A stretch of DNA of 64,000 bases, taken from the NCBI GenBank assembly GCA_018056245.1, contig JAGPFZ010000001.1:5038-69037 (forward strand), written 5' to 3'. The stretch comes from Bacteroidales bacterium (GTDB lineage: Bacteria > Bacteroidota > Bacteroidia > Bacteroidales > VadinHA17). The translations under genes and the position numbers were made by a program. Positions 1 to 9,785 of this stretch are shown here, piece after piece; the first letter of the stretch is position 1; each line of letters opens with the position of its first letter. The notes beneath the pieces were generated by a model, which worked only from the letters and a program-made list of their open reading frames with translations, ran no database searches and was not told where the DNA came from.

Positions 1-563
1 ATCTTTCATGGACAAAGAAGATAAAACACCCTGCTGAATTTACTACTATTGATGCTGAAATTGAGGTTGTTGTGTTAGAAATTGATAAGGAAAACCGCCG
101 TTTAAGTCTCGGACATAAACAACTTGAAGAAAATCCATGGGACGTATTTGAAACAATATTTACTGTTGATTCAATTCATGAAGGCACAATAGTTGAATTG
201 TTCGATAAAGGAGCCATTATTGCTCTTCCATACGGGATCGAAGGGTTTGCAGCCCCAAAACAACTTATAAAAGCTGATGGCACAATGGCAAAAGTTGATG
301 AAAAACTTATGTTCAAAGTTGTAGAGTTTAATAAATCGGCCAAAAAGATTATTGTTTCTCATAGTAAGATATATGAAGATGAAAAGAAAGAAGTAGAAAC
401 AACAGAGAAAAAGCCGAAATCGGAAACAAAAAAGAAATCTGCAAAGAATTCGAAATCATCTATTGAAAAAACAACTCTTGGTGATATAACTGATCTTGCA
501 TCTATTAAAGAAGAATTAGAAGAATCACAGAAAAAACTTCCGAAAAACAGAAAAAAAGCTTAA
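1..563 (+). CDS. rpsA: 30S ribosomal protein S1, C-terminal part (5' end outside window)
   Basis: Frame is open from base 3 (LSWTKKIKHPAEFTTIDAEIEVVVLEIDKENRRLSLGHKQ...). S1/OB-fold repeat signature followed by a Lys/Glu-rich tail. The listed start at 72 is an internal GTG. Confidence 0.85.
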   Translation, partial: LSWTKKIKHPAEFTTIDAEIEVVVLEIDKENRRLSLGHKQLEENPWDVFETIFTVDSIHEGTIVELFDKGAIIALPYGIEGFAAPKQLIKADGTMAKVDEKLMFKVVEFNKSAKKIIVSHSKIYEDEKKEVETTEKKPKSETKKKSAKNSKSSIEKTTLGDITDLASIKEELEESQKKLPKNRKKA

Positions 564-586
564 ATTTAAGCTTTAAAAGCTTTCTT

Positions 587-925
587 ATGGATTTCAATGT
601 TGAAAACCTTACCAACAGTACATTGATTAAGATTCAGACTGAGAAGCTTGATACTCATATAGCTCCCTCGCTGAAATCCGAACTTGTACTTGTTTCGGGA
701 AAGGGTGAAAAGAATATCATCCTTAATCTCGAGAAGTGTCAATACTGTGATTCTTCAGGTCTTAGCGCCATCCTTGTAGCAAACAGATTGTGTAAAAATG
801 CGGGTGGTACTTTTGTTCTCTGCGGACTTAATGAAGCCGTCGAACGGCTTATTACTATTTCGCAGCTCGATACGGTACTTAACATAACAGACACCGTTGA
901 AGAGGCTGAAAAGATGATATCCTAG
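587..925 (+). CDS. STAS-domain protein (anti-sigma-factor antagonist, SpoIIAA/RsbV-like)
   Basis: 112 aa, typical STAS size. Conserved phospho-serine motif context CDSSGLSAILVA. Lies 23 bp after rpsA and 19 bp before rnz. Confidence 0.8.
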   Translation: MDFNVENLTNSTLIKIQTEKLDTHIAPSLKSELVLVSGKGEKNIILNLEKCQYCDSSGLSAILVANRLCKNAGGTFVLCGLNEAVERLITISQLDTVLNITDTVEEAEKMIS

Positions 926-944
926 ACGGTCGGTTCTGCAAAAA

Positions 945-1871
945 ATGAAACTTACCATATTGGGTAGTAGTTCCGCATTACCGACTTCTGAAAGAAATCC
1001 TTCCGCTCATGTGCTTTATGCACATGAGCGGTTGTATTTAATAGACTGCGGGGAGGGGACCCAGATGCAAATGAGAAAATGTAAAATCCAGTTCAGTAAA
1101 ATCAACCATATTTTTATTAGCCATCTGCATGGCGATCATATTTTCGGATTATTCGGACTACTTTCATCTTTCAACCTAATGGGCAGAGGTCAGCCTCTAA
1201 ATATTTATGCTCCGGCTAATTTTAATAAAATATTGAAATCGTATCTCGAAGATTTTGATATAAAACTTGGATTTGAAGTAATTTTCACCGAGCTTAATAG
1301 CAAAAATCCCTTTGTTATTCTGGATGACAAATATTTAACTGTTACTGCTTTCCCCCTCAGGCACAGAGTACCAACTTTTGGTTTTTTATTCAGCGAAAAA
1401 AAAGCGGAAAGAAAAATCCGCAAAGAAAAGATAGAGGTTTATAAAATACCTATTGCAAAAATGAATGCCATAAAAAAAGGCGAAGATCTGATAAGGGAAG
1501 ATGGCACAATTATAAAAAATGAAGAAATTACAATTCCTCCTCCAAAACCTCTATCTTATGCCTATTGCAGCGATACAAGTTATTTTGAACAGCTTTCTTC
1601 TTATGTGAAAGGTACCGACCTTATTTATCATGAGGCTACTTTTGGTAATGACCTGCGCGATCTAGCCGAACTAACAGGGCACTCAACAGCCGCCGATGCT
1701 GCAAGAGTAGCTTTTGAAGCTGGCGCCGGTAATCTGATAATAGGCCATTTTTCGTCGAGATATAAAAATCCTGAAGTACTCCTCGAACAGGCAAGAGAAA
1801 TATTCTCTTCAACCTACCTCGCCGAAGACGGTAAAACATACAGGATAACAGATAATAATGAAAGCATTTGA
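945..1871 (+). CDS. rnz: ribonuclease Z (metallo-beta-lactamase fold tRNA 3' endonuclease)
   Basis: HxHxDH motif (SHLHGDHIFGL), N-terminal LGSSSALPT...NPSAHVL...LIDCGEGTQ, C-terminal GHFSSRY. 308 aa. Confidence 0.85.
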   Translation: MKLTILGSSSALPTSERNPSAHVLYAHERLYLIDCGEGTQMQMRKCKIQFSKINHIFISHLHGDHIFGLFGLLSSFNLMGRGQPLNIYAPANFNKILKSYLEDFDIKLGFEVIFTELNSKNPFVILDDKYLTVTAFPLRHRVPTFGFLFSEKKAERKIRKEKIEVYKIPIAKMNAIKKGEDLIREDGTIIKNEEITIPPPKPLSYAYCSDTSYFEQLSSYVKGTDLIYHEATFGNDLRDLAELTGHSTAADAARVAFEAGAGNLIIGHFSSRYKNPEVLLEQAREIFSSTYLAEDGKTYRITDNNESI

Positions 1872-1898
1872 AAGTTGGTTATATTTACATCGTAATAA

Positions 1899-3446
1899 AT
1901 GGAAATTCCGCAGGTGCAGGGGAAAATTTTAATAATTGATTTCGGTTCACAATATACACAACTTATTGCTCGCAGAATAAGAGAGCTAAATGTCTATTGC
2001 GAGATATATCCTTGTAATAATTTTCCAGAACCCGACAAAAATGTCCAAGGTGTTATACTTTCGGGAAGCCCTTTTTCTGTGAGCGATGCAAATGCTCTCC
2101 GCCCGGATATGAAAAGAATTAAAGGCTGCTTGCCTGTGCTTGGGATATGCTATGGCGCTCAATATCTGGTGCATTATTATGGAGGAGAAGTGCTTCCTTC
2201 AGAAAATAGAGAATATGGAAGGGCATTCCTGAACATTATTGATGAACATGATCCTCTTTTCAAAGGAATTCCTTCCGTCACACAAGTATGGATGTCACAT
2301 AGTGATACTATTACAAAGCTTCCTGATAATTATAGAATAATAGCTTCAACTGTCGGGATTAATTGCGGCGCCTATAAAATTGAAGGAGAACCAACATGGG
2401 GAATCCAGTTTCATCCTGAGGTATATCATACTGAGAAAGGACAAGTCATTTTAGATAATTTCGTTAAAGGAATATGCGGATGTAAAGGAGACTGGACACC
2501 GCAATCATTCATAGAATCGTCGATATACAATATACGGCAAAAGATAGCGCCTGAAGAGAATGTTATCCTTGGCCTTTCTGGTGGCGTTGATTCCACCACA
2601 GCCGCTGTTCTTCTCAACAATGCAATAGGAAGAAATCTTATATGCATATTTGTGGATAACGGACTGCTGAGAAAGAACGAATATCGGAGAGTGCTTGAAT
2701 CGTATCTGGAAATGGGACTTAATGTCAAGGGAATTGAAGCTTCGAATATCTTTCTTGAAAGGCTTGCGGGAATAAGCGATCCAGAATGCAAAAGAAAGAT
2801 AATTGGAGCAACTTTTATCGAAGTTTTCGAAAAAGAAGCACGAAAAATTAAAAATGTTAAATGGCTTGCACAGGGTACCATATACCCTGACGTAATAGAA
2901 TCAGTTTCGGTCAGTGGACCTTCGGCCAAAATAAAGTCGCATCATAATGTCGGCGGACTACCCGAAAAAATGAATCTTAAGGTTATTGAACCACTACGAC
3001 TACTTTTTAAGGACGAAGTGAGGAACGTTGGGAAATCGCTTGGTATTCCTGATATTATACTGAATAGACATCCTTTCCCCGGACCCGGTCTGGCAATCAG
3101 AATTCTGGGCGAAGTGAGTGTAGAGAAGCTAAATATCTTGCGGGATGCCGATGAGATATTCAATGAGGCACTGAAGAAAAATAATCTTTACGATAAAGTA
3201 TGGCAGGCTGGAGTGATACTCCTTCCTGTAAAAAGTGTTGGAGTTATGGGGGATGAACGCACTTATGAAAATGCTGCATTGCTTCGGGCTGTCACTTCAA
3301 TAGATGGAATGACGGCCGATTTTTCCCATCTTCCTTATGAATTCCTTGGTTATGTGGCTAATGAAATAATAAATAAAGTCAAAGGAATAAACAGAGTTGT
3401 TTACGATATTACTTCAAAACCACCATCAACTATTGAATGGGAATGA
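1899..3446 (+). CDS. guaA: GMP synthase (glutamine-hydrolysing)
   Basis: Class I amidotransferase domain (GICYGAQ, HPEV), ATP-PPase P-loop SGGVDS, C-terminal dimerisation end PPSTIEWE. 515 aa. Confidence 0.95.
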   Translation: MEIPQVQGKILIIDFGSQYTQLIARRIRELNVYCEIYPCNNFPEPDKNVQGVILSGSPFSVSDANALRPDMKRIKGCLPVLGICYGAQYLVHYYGGEVLPSENREYGRAFLNIIDEHDPLFKGIPSVTQVWMSHSDTITKLPDNYRIIASTVGINCGAYKIEGEPTWGIQFHPEVYHTEKGQVILDNFVKGICGCKGDWTPQSFIESSIYNIRQKIAPEENVILGLSGGVDSTTAAVLLNNAIGRNLICIFVDNGLLRKNEYRRVLESYLEMGLNVKGIEASNIFLERLAGISDPECKRKIIGATFIEVFEKEARKIKNVKWLAQGTIYPDVIESVSVSGPSAKIKSHHNVGGLPEKMNLKVIEPLRLLFKDEVRNVGKSLGIPDIILNRHPFPGPGLAIRILGEVSVEKLNILRDADEIFNEALKKNNLYDKVWQAGVILLPVKSVGVMGDERTYENAALLRAVTSIDGMTADFSHLPYEFLGYVANEIINKVKGINRVVYDITSKPPSTIEWE

Positions 3447-3538
3447 ATTTTGCTTGAAAGAAAATGATTTTAAATATTGAATTAAAGATAAAATAACAGG
3501 TAAATTTTTCGACAAACAATTAAATAAAAATAATAAGA

Positions 3539-5134
3539 ATGAAAAAACTGAAATATTTCATAACAGGAGTATTGATTCTTTCCAGTTTTTACCTCGATAT
3601 TAATGCACAAATTCTGAACGAGAATACTCTAAAAATAGCAAGAACTCTAGGCCTTATAGATGCGTTTTATGTAGATACCGTAAACCTTAATTCACTTACC
3701 GAGAAAGTAATTATTGATTTACTCCGTTCACTTGATCCTCATTCAACCTATATTTCGGCAAAAGATGTAAAGGAGATGAATGAACAGCTTATAGGAAATT
3801 TCGAAGGAATAGGAATACAATTCAATATTCTCCACGATACAGTAATTGTTATTGAACCTATAAAAAACAGTCCTTCTGAGAGGGTAGGACTAAAGGCTGG
3901 AGACAGAATTATTAAAATAAATGACGAGAATGTTATAGGAATAGGAATTTCTACAACCGGAGTAAAAAACAGGCTTATGGGTCCGAAGGGAACAAAAGTA
4001 AATGTCACGGTGTTCCGGCCAGGCACAAAAGCCATATATGACTTCACAATAACTCGCGATAAAATACCTATTAATAGTATGGATGCGGCTTATATGCTTA
4101 ACAATGAAACAGCTTATTTTAAATTTAACAAATTTTCTGCAACAACTGAAAAGGAATTTCTGGACGGACTCAATTCCCTTAATACAAAAACTCTTAAGAA
4201 TGTAATAATAGACCTTCGAGGCAATCCGGGCGGATATATGATTGCTGCAGTGGCACTTGCAAATCAGTTTCTTGAGGGAGAAAAACTTGTTGTTTACATG
4301 GAAGGCAGAAAAACACAACGAGAAGATTTTAAGTCGAACGGCAAAGGCCTGCTTACAAAAACAAATCTCGTTGTACTGACTGATGAAACCTCTGCATCGG
4401 CTAGCGAAATATTTGCCGGTGCGATTCAGGATTGGGATCGCGGAATTATTGCAGGCAGAAGAACTTTCGGTAAAGGACTTGTGCAGAATAGTTTTCCGCT
4501 TAACGACGGTTCACAAATACGACTTACTATTGCAAGATACTATACCCCAACCGGACGCTCGATACAAAGCCCTTATGGAGAAGGTTATGCAAAATATATC
4601 GAAAATTACCTGAAAAGATTTAAAAACGGAGAAAGATTTAATACTGATAATATAAAACTGCCAGACTCTTTAAAGTGTTATACCCTTGTAAATAAAAGAA
4701 CGGTATATGGCGGAGGAGGAATAATGCCCGATGTGTTTATTTCAGCTGATACATCATGGGTAACTGATTATTACATAGATCTTCGCAGTAAAGAAATATT
4801 CAATTCGTTTATTCTTGAATACACCGATAAAAATCGTAATAAAATATTATCGGAATATAAAGACCTTGAAGATTTCAGAAATAGATTCGAATTTTCAAAT
4901 GAGGATATTGCATGGTTCATAAAAATGGGTATTGATGCAGGTGTTAAATATAATGATTACCAGTTTAATATCTCGAAAAAAGAAATTCAGAAAATTTTGA
5001 AAGCCCTGGTTGCAAATACTTTCTGGCAATCAAATGGCTATTTCATGATTATTAACGAAAATGATAACGAGATAAACAGAATTTTAAACCTTTTTTATGA
5101 CCCGAATGAATATATAAAAATTCTCGGATACTGA
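3539..5134 (+). CDS. S41 family C-terminal processing peptidase with PDZ domain
   Basis: Signal peptide, PDZ segment (GLKAGDRIIKIN), S41 motifs DLRGNPGGY, TASASEIFAGA, RRTFGKGLVQ. Confidence 0.85.
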   Translation: MKKLKYFITGVLILSSFYLDINAQILNENTLKIARTLGLIDAFYVDTVNLNSLTEKVIIDLLRSLDPHSTYISAKDVKEMNEQLIGNFEGIGIQFNILHDTVIVIEPIKNSPSERVGLKAGDRIIKINDENVIGIGISTTGVKNRLMGPKGTKVNVTVFRPGTKAIYDFTITRDKIPINSMDAAYMLNNETAYFKFNKFSATTEKEFLDGLNSLNTKTLKNVIIDLRGNPGGYMIAAVALANQFLEGEKLVVYMEGRKTQREDFKSNGKGLLTKTNLVVLTDETSASASEIFAGAIQDWDRGIIAGRRTFGKGLVQNSFPLNDGSQIRLTIARYYTPTGRSIQSPYGEGYAKYIENYLKRFKNGERFNTDNIKLPDSLKCYTLVNKRTVYGGGGIMPDVFISADTSWVTDYYIDLRSKEIFNSFILEYTDKNRNKILSEYKDLEDFRNRFEFSNEDIAWFIKMGIDAGVKYNDYQFNISKKEIQKILKALVANTFWQSNGYFMIINENDNEINRILNLFYDPNEYIKILGY

Positions 5135-5399
5135 TGTCTAAGGGTTAAATAAAATTCTATCTTTTTTAATTCATTCCGGCAAAATATAATAAAATACAAT
5201 ATAGAAAATTTGTTTCTTTAAGAAAACAAGAAGAAGAAAAACAAAAAATTGTCTTTTAAAAATCGAAGGTTAAAGTACATTTTTTATATTTTCGTCAAAT
5301 TATTTGCATGTTAAGCAAATGAGATAAGGAAATATTAGTTACTTTGAATTGTTATTATTTTGTTATAATATAAAAACTCATCTTTTCAAATAAGCTTAA

Positions 5400-5948
5400 A
5401 TGAGTTTTAATATAGAAAATTACCTTTTAGAACAGCAGAAGGGTGATGTTATCCTTTATTATAAAGGCAATATCGACTCTGATGTTATCAATTGTATACT
5501 CGATACTGTTGAGAATAAGCTTATTCAAATGAATGAACATGTGAGACTGCTTAAAAAAGTATATAATGTACTTGTTGAAAGCCTCCAAAATCTTTATCAT
5601 CATGTTGATAAGGTTCCGCCTGATTTTGAAGATCAGTCGGCTGAAAAATTTGGAATTTTGATGATCCGAAAAATTGATGGAGGTTATAGAATTATTACAG
5701 GGAATTTTATAAAGAAAGAAAATATTGAGAAACTTGAAGAAAAAATAAAACGTCTTAACAAATCAAGTCAGGATGAGATTAAAGAACTTTATAAATTTAT
5801 TCTTAATCATCAGCGTATAACTAATAAGGGAGGAGGAGGACTTGGTCTGGTTGATATTGCCAGAAAAACCGGTAATAAGTTCGAATATAAATTTACTGAT
5901 TATGATAATGACCATTCTTTCTTTTATCTTAATATACTTGTATCTTAA
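5400..5948 (+). CDS. SiaB-like small GHKL-type protein kinase (partner-switching kinase)
   Basis: 182 aa single-domain protein with ATP-lid NKGGGGLGLVDIARKTG. Sits directly upstream of a DUF1987/SiaC-like gene. Confidence 0.6.
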   Translation: MSFNIENYLLEQQKGDVILYYKGNIDSDVINCILDTVENKLIQMNEHVRLLKKVYNVLVESLQNLYHHVDKVPPDFEDQSAEKFGILMIRKIDGGYRIITGNFIKKENIEKLEEKIKRLNKSSQDEIKELYKFILNHQRITNKGGGGLGLVDIARKTGNKFEYKFTDYDNDHSFFYLNILVS

Positions 5949-5994
5949 TATACTTGTAAACAATTTTGAAAAATAATTTTTTAATTTTAGTAAT

Positions 5995-6375
5995 ATGGAA
6001 CCGATCATTATTGAAGGAACAGCAAAAACACCAAGCGTAAGGTTTGATCCAGATACAGGAGTTTTTGAAATAAAAGGCAGATCTATACCGGAAAATTCTG
6101 TGGAATTTTATAAACCTATTGTTGACTGGCTCGATAAGTATAAAGAAAATCCTTTGAGTAAAACCGAAGTAAACATTAAACTTGAATATTTCAATACAAG
6201 TTCTTCAAAATGTATTCTTGACGTCTTCAAAAAATTTGAAGCGATACATAAAGCCAAAAATGAAGTACAGATAAACTGGTATTATGAAGAAGATGATGAG
6301 GATATGCTTGAAGCGGGTGAAGACTATGAGTCTATCATCAGGGTTCCTTTCAAGATGATAGAAATCTCAGATTAG
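5995..6375 (+). CDS. SiaC-like regulatory phosphoprotein (DUF1987)
   Basis: 126 aa. N-terminus IIIEGTAKTPSVRFDP..G.FEIKGRSIPEN, motif LEYFNT(68)SSSK, acidic WYYEEDDEDMLE segment. Confidence 0.65.
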   Translation: MEPIIIEGTAKTPSVRFDPDTGVFEIKGRSIPENSVEFYKPIVDWLDKYKENPLSKTEVNIKLEYFNTSSSKCILDVFKKFEAIHKAKNEVQINWYYEEDDEDMLEAGEDYESIIRVPFKMIEISD

Positions 6376-6402
6376 GCTTAATTTAATAATCAATAGATCG
6401 GT

Positions 6403-6443
6403 CAGAAAGAGAGGTTTCGTATGAAATCTCTCTTTCTGTTTTT
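6403..6443 (+). terminator. rho-independent terminator after the SiaC-like gene
   Basis: 16-bp stem cagaaagagaggtttc / gaaatctctctttctg with one G-U pair and loop gtat, followed by ttttt. The T-tract overlaps the stop codon of the convergent ABC gene. Confidence 0.65.
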
Positions 6444-9400
6444 ATTCTCTCGATTTTCTTTCTTTATACATTAAAATCTGACCGGAGTCGAGCAATTTCT
6501 TTAAAAGTCTGAAATAAAGGGCCATATATAATAATGCTGTCATAAACCAGATAACAATTACATTTACTACAATCGTCTTTACAGGCTGTCCGAAAATATT
6601 TTTTACAGGTGCATAAAAATGGGCCTTGATAAATTTATTCTGTGGCTCTAAAAAGATAGGATCAATTTTCTGGTAAATTCTGTTTTTATATACTATAACT
6701 TTCTTCAATTCATTCCTGTTTTTAACAAATTCATCGAGCTTGTCGTTAAAATATTTGTTTTTCAAATCAATAAAATCCTGTTTGTCTTTTGCCTGCTCCT
6801 GCATTACCAGATTATCTTTCATCATGTAGGCCCTGTTCCATAAATCAACATAATACTGGCGCGTTAAATCAGTGTATTTTTTTGTTTCTCGAAGTATTTC
6901 CATATTGAATCTTTCAGGAGTAAGATAATCAGCATGTTGGAATCCAATATCAGGGAGATTCCTTAATTGTTTATTGATTTCATAATTTAATAAATCAAGA
7001 CAGTCATAATATCTTTTATCTTTTATGCCTTCCGTCAAATCAGTCTCGAGAGTTGTAAGAGTTTCGTTTATCTTTTCATTCCAGTATTGTTTCATGAAAT
7101 TGGAATTGCTTATTATCTGATCGTAAACATAGAATTTCTTTTCATACTTGTTATTGATGTATTGTTCAACTGAAAGAGCTTCATAACCCCAACGTGCTGT
7201 AATCAGTTCACCATAAAAGGGAATAGAAACAGGAGAAGAAAGCTTTGGGTTCAGTTTTTCGTATTTCACCAGAACGCCGCTTAATATTATTTGTGGTATT
7301 ACAAGGAAAGGTATAAGGATATAAATAGTCACAACTGCTTTGAAACTGTCGGAGATCAATAGTCCTAACATATTAGCCGATGCCCAGCAGGAGAAAAGAA
7401 CGAGCCAGTACTGAAACCATAATCCTTTTATTTCCATTATAGTGTTACCGACAATTACAAAGGAGAGAGCCTGTATGGCTGAAATCAGAAATTGTACTCC
7501 AACTTTTGACATCAGGTAACTATTCCAACTCAGGTTTAGAAAAGCTTCACGTTTCAGGATTTTACGGTCTTTTATTATTTCTTCCGCACTAACTGTAAGG
7601 CCCATGAAAATAGCAACTATAACCGACATGAAAATATATACGGGCACGTTTTCATTATCGAAAAAGACATATTTTGCATCAGTTACACTTGCATCAAAAT
7701 ATTTTATCAGAAAGGAGAGCAGTAACGCAAGCACGGGAGCTTCAAGTAGTGTTATTATAAGATACTGAGTATCTGCTATTTTTGACAGGATGTCACGTTT
7801 TGTGAATACCATTAACTGCTTTAACTTGTTCGGTGGCCTGAAAGTTATTTCGGGGATGCCATGGCCTTCTTCAAGAGGCTTTTCCTTCCCCTCTATTTCA
7901 TTCTTATAAAATTCATTCCATTCGGCCGGAGATAACTTTCTCGTATCCGTTGGTTTCCCATATTCATCAAGAACCCTTGACTCAACGATATTGAATATCT
8001 GTTCAGGGTTGACATTTCCGCATACATGACATTCACTTTCATTATAATTGGCATGATGAATAAGTTTTTTGAAGTAAATTATAGAGTCAACAGGATTTCC
8101 GTTATAAATAAGATATCCTCCAATATCCAGTAAAAGAAGTCGGTCGAACATTTTAAATATATCGGATGAAGGCTGATGAATAACAATAAAAAGAAGTTTC
8201 CCCTTGAGGGCAAGTTCTTTTAAAAGGTCAAGTATATTCTCTGAATCCCTTGAAGAAAGTCCGGATGTAGGTTCATCGAGAAACATAATTGCCGGTTCCC
8301 GTATCAATTCCAGTGATATATTGAGCCTTTTTCTTTGCCCGCCGCTTATATTTTTATTAAGCGGATTTCCAACCCTCATATCCCGTATCTCATATAAACC
8401 AAGATTATGCAAAGTATTATCAACTTTTGTTCTTATTTCTTCGTCGGAAAAATTGTCGAAGCAAAGTTTTGCATTGTAATAAAGGTTTTCAAAAACTGTA
8501 AGTTCCTCAATAAGAAGATCGTCCTGTGATACATATCCGATAAGACCCTTTATTTTTTCACTTTCACTATGAATACTTATCCCATTTATAGTTACCTCAC
8601 CTGAATATGGTGGATTAAGACCATTAAGAACGCTTAACAGAGTTGATTTTCCTGCACCACTTGCACCCATTATACCGACCATTCTTCCCGACTCCTCTTC
8701 GAAACTCATAGGATGAATTCCAATTTTTCCACTTTTGAATCTATACTCAAGGTTTGAAACTTTATAAACCACACGTGACGCATGGAATTCCTCGCTAAAA
8801 AACTGCCTGATAACGTCACTATAATAAATCGGCGAGGATTTAGGATTTCTTAGCGATGAGCCAGGGTTGAACGGATATACTTTATCTTCCTGTAAAAGTT
8901 GTCCGTTCATATAAAGCTCACCCATATTGGTAAATCTTACAAAATACATCTTTGCCGAATGCACATAAAGCACCCATATTTGTCCTTTTACATCACGGTT
9001 GAAGAGATGTTTGTATTCGTTTATCGAATCTTCTTCATTGTTATCAATGACAAGTATACCCTCATAATCAGGAATATGTTCGAAAGGGTTCAGGACAAAC
9101 TCTTTTATAAAATAATATTCGTCTGATTCAACTTTGAATGATTCTGCGACCGACTGGATGAACTCAAGTTCGAGTTGGCTTACTTCAGTCCCTTCCGATT
9201 TACAAAATTCAAGAAGCTGAACAAGAACGATAATCTTTTGATCCTGTGTAAGCTGGTCATTTATATCATTACATATTCTAAGAACTCTAACAGCAATTGC
9301 AGCCGTACGTCTGTTCTGGGTACTCTTTTTCTGTTTTTCTTGTGCTTCCTGATAGTATTCATCAAAAAAACCGAGATATGTTTTAACAAGTTCCTGATTC

Positions 9401-9513
9401 AATTGCCTCTTCAAAAAAGCTTCAACTACGCCCCTCCTGTCACTGTCATTACTTTCAGGCCTTGCTATTATTGCAAATAATTGCATCAGGGCTTTTAAAA
9501 TTTTTTCACTCAT
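6442..9513 (-). CDS. ABCG-like ABC transporter: fused ATPase plus ABC-2 permease with N-terminal regulatory region and C-terminal extension
   Basis: Walker A GASGAGKST, signature ISGGQRKRLNISLEL, Walker B MFLDEPTSGL, ABCG-type H-loop VIHQPSS. Followed by about 6 TM helices. Carries an extra ~270 aa at the N-terminus and ~230 aa plus a final TM helix at the C-terminus. Confidence 0.85.
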   Translation of the reverse strand: MSEKILKALMQLFAIIARPESNDSDRRGVVEAFLKRQLNQELVKTYLGFFDEYYQEAQEKQKKSTQNRRTAAIAVRVLRICNDINDQLTQDQKIIVLVQLLEFCKSEGTEVSQLELEFIQSVAESFKVESDEYYFIKEFVLNPFEHIPDYEGILVIDNNEEDSINEYKHLFNRDVKGQIWVLYVHSAKMYFVRFTNMGELYMNGQLLQEDKVYPFNPGSSLRNPKSSPIYYSDVIRQFFSEEFHASRVVYKVSNLEYRFKSGKIGIHPMSFEEESGRMVGIMGASGAGKSTLLSVLNGLNPPYSGEVTINGISIHSESEKIKGLIGYVSQDDLLIEELTVFENLYYNAKLCFDNFSDEEIRTKVDNTLHNLGLYEIRDMRVGNPLNKNISGGQRKRLNISLELIREPAIMFLDEPTSGLSSRDSENILDLLKELALKGKLLFIVIHQPSSDIFKMFDRLLLLDIGGYLIYNGNPVDSIIYFKKLIHHANYNESECHVCGNVNPEQIFNIVESRVLDEYGKPTDTRKLSPAEWNEFYKNEIEGKEKPLEEGHGIPEITFRPPNKLKQLMVFTKRDILSKIADTQYLIITLLEAPVLALLLSFLIKYFDASVTDAKYVFFDNENVPVYIFMSVIVAIFMGLTVSAEEIIKDRKILKREAFLNLSWNSYLMSKVGVQFLISAIQALSFVIVGNTIMEIKGLWFQYWLVLFSCWASANMLGLLISDSFKAVVTIYILIPFLVIPQIILSGVLVKYEKLNPKLSSPVSIPFYGELITARWGYEALSVEQYINNKYEKKFYVYDQIISNSNFMKQYWNEKINETLTTLETDLTEGIKDKRYYDCLDLLNYEINKQLRNLPDIGFQHADYLTPERFNMEILRETKKYTDLTRQYYVDLWNRAYMMKDNLVMQEQAKDKQDFIDLKNKYFNDKLDEFVKNRNELKKVIVYKNRIYQKIDPIFLEPQNKFIKAHFYAPVKNIFGQPVKTIVVNVIVIWFMTALLYMALYFRLLKKLLDSGQILMYKERKSRE

Positions 9514-9785
9514 TGCGGTATCTGTCGGGTAAAAGACGGCTGAAATTAATAATTTGAGTTAAATAATCCTAACCTATAATTTAACGAAAATAATTTTAAA
9601 CTGTTACTATTTTCTTTAAAAACTCAATAATTTCAAAGTTTAAATTTTATTTTGTGTCATAATGTCGGATCATTTTAGCGATATCTGACAAAAGGTTATA
9701 AATCTTAATTTTAAATTTTAATGGCAGGAGTTTTGTCTAAAAAAAAGCATAGTATAATTTATATTATTATGTATATTATAATGTT

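Noticed and set aside
2426-2929. 167-aa antisense ORF inside guaA. Similar cases are 24278..24718 inside uvrA, 56018..56494 inside the GH109-like gene, and 3890..4318 inside the S41 peptidase gene.
   Set aside because: All are contained within strongly supported genes on the opposite strand and show Ser/Pro/Leu-rich shadow-frame composition.
9514-9785. CIRCE-type heat-shock operator upstream of clpB
   Set aside because: There is no TTAGCACTC-N9-GAGTGCTAA-like element. Only the weak inverted repeat reported separately is present.
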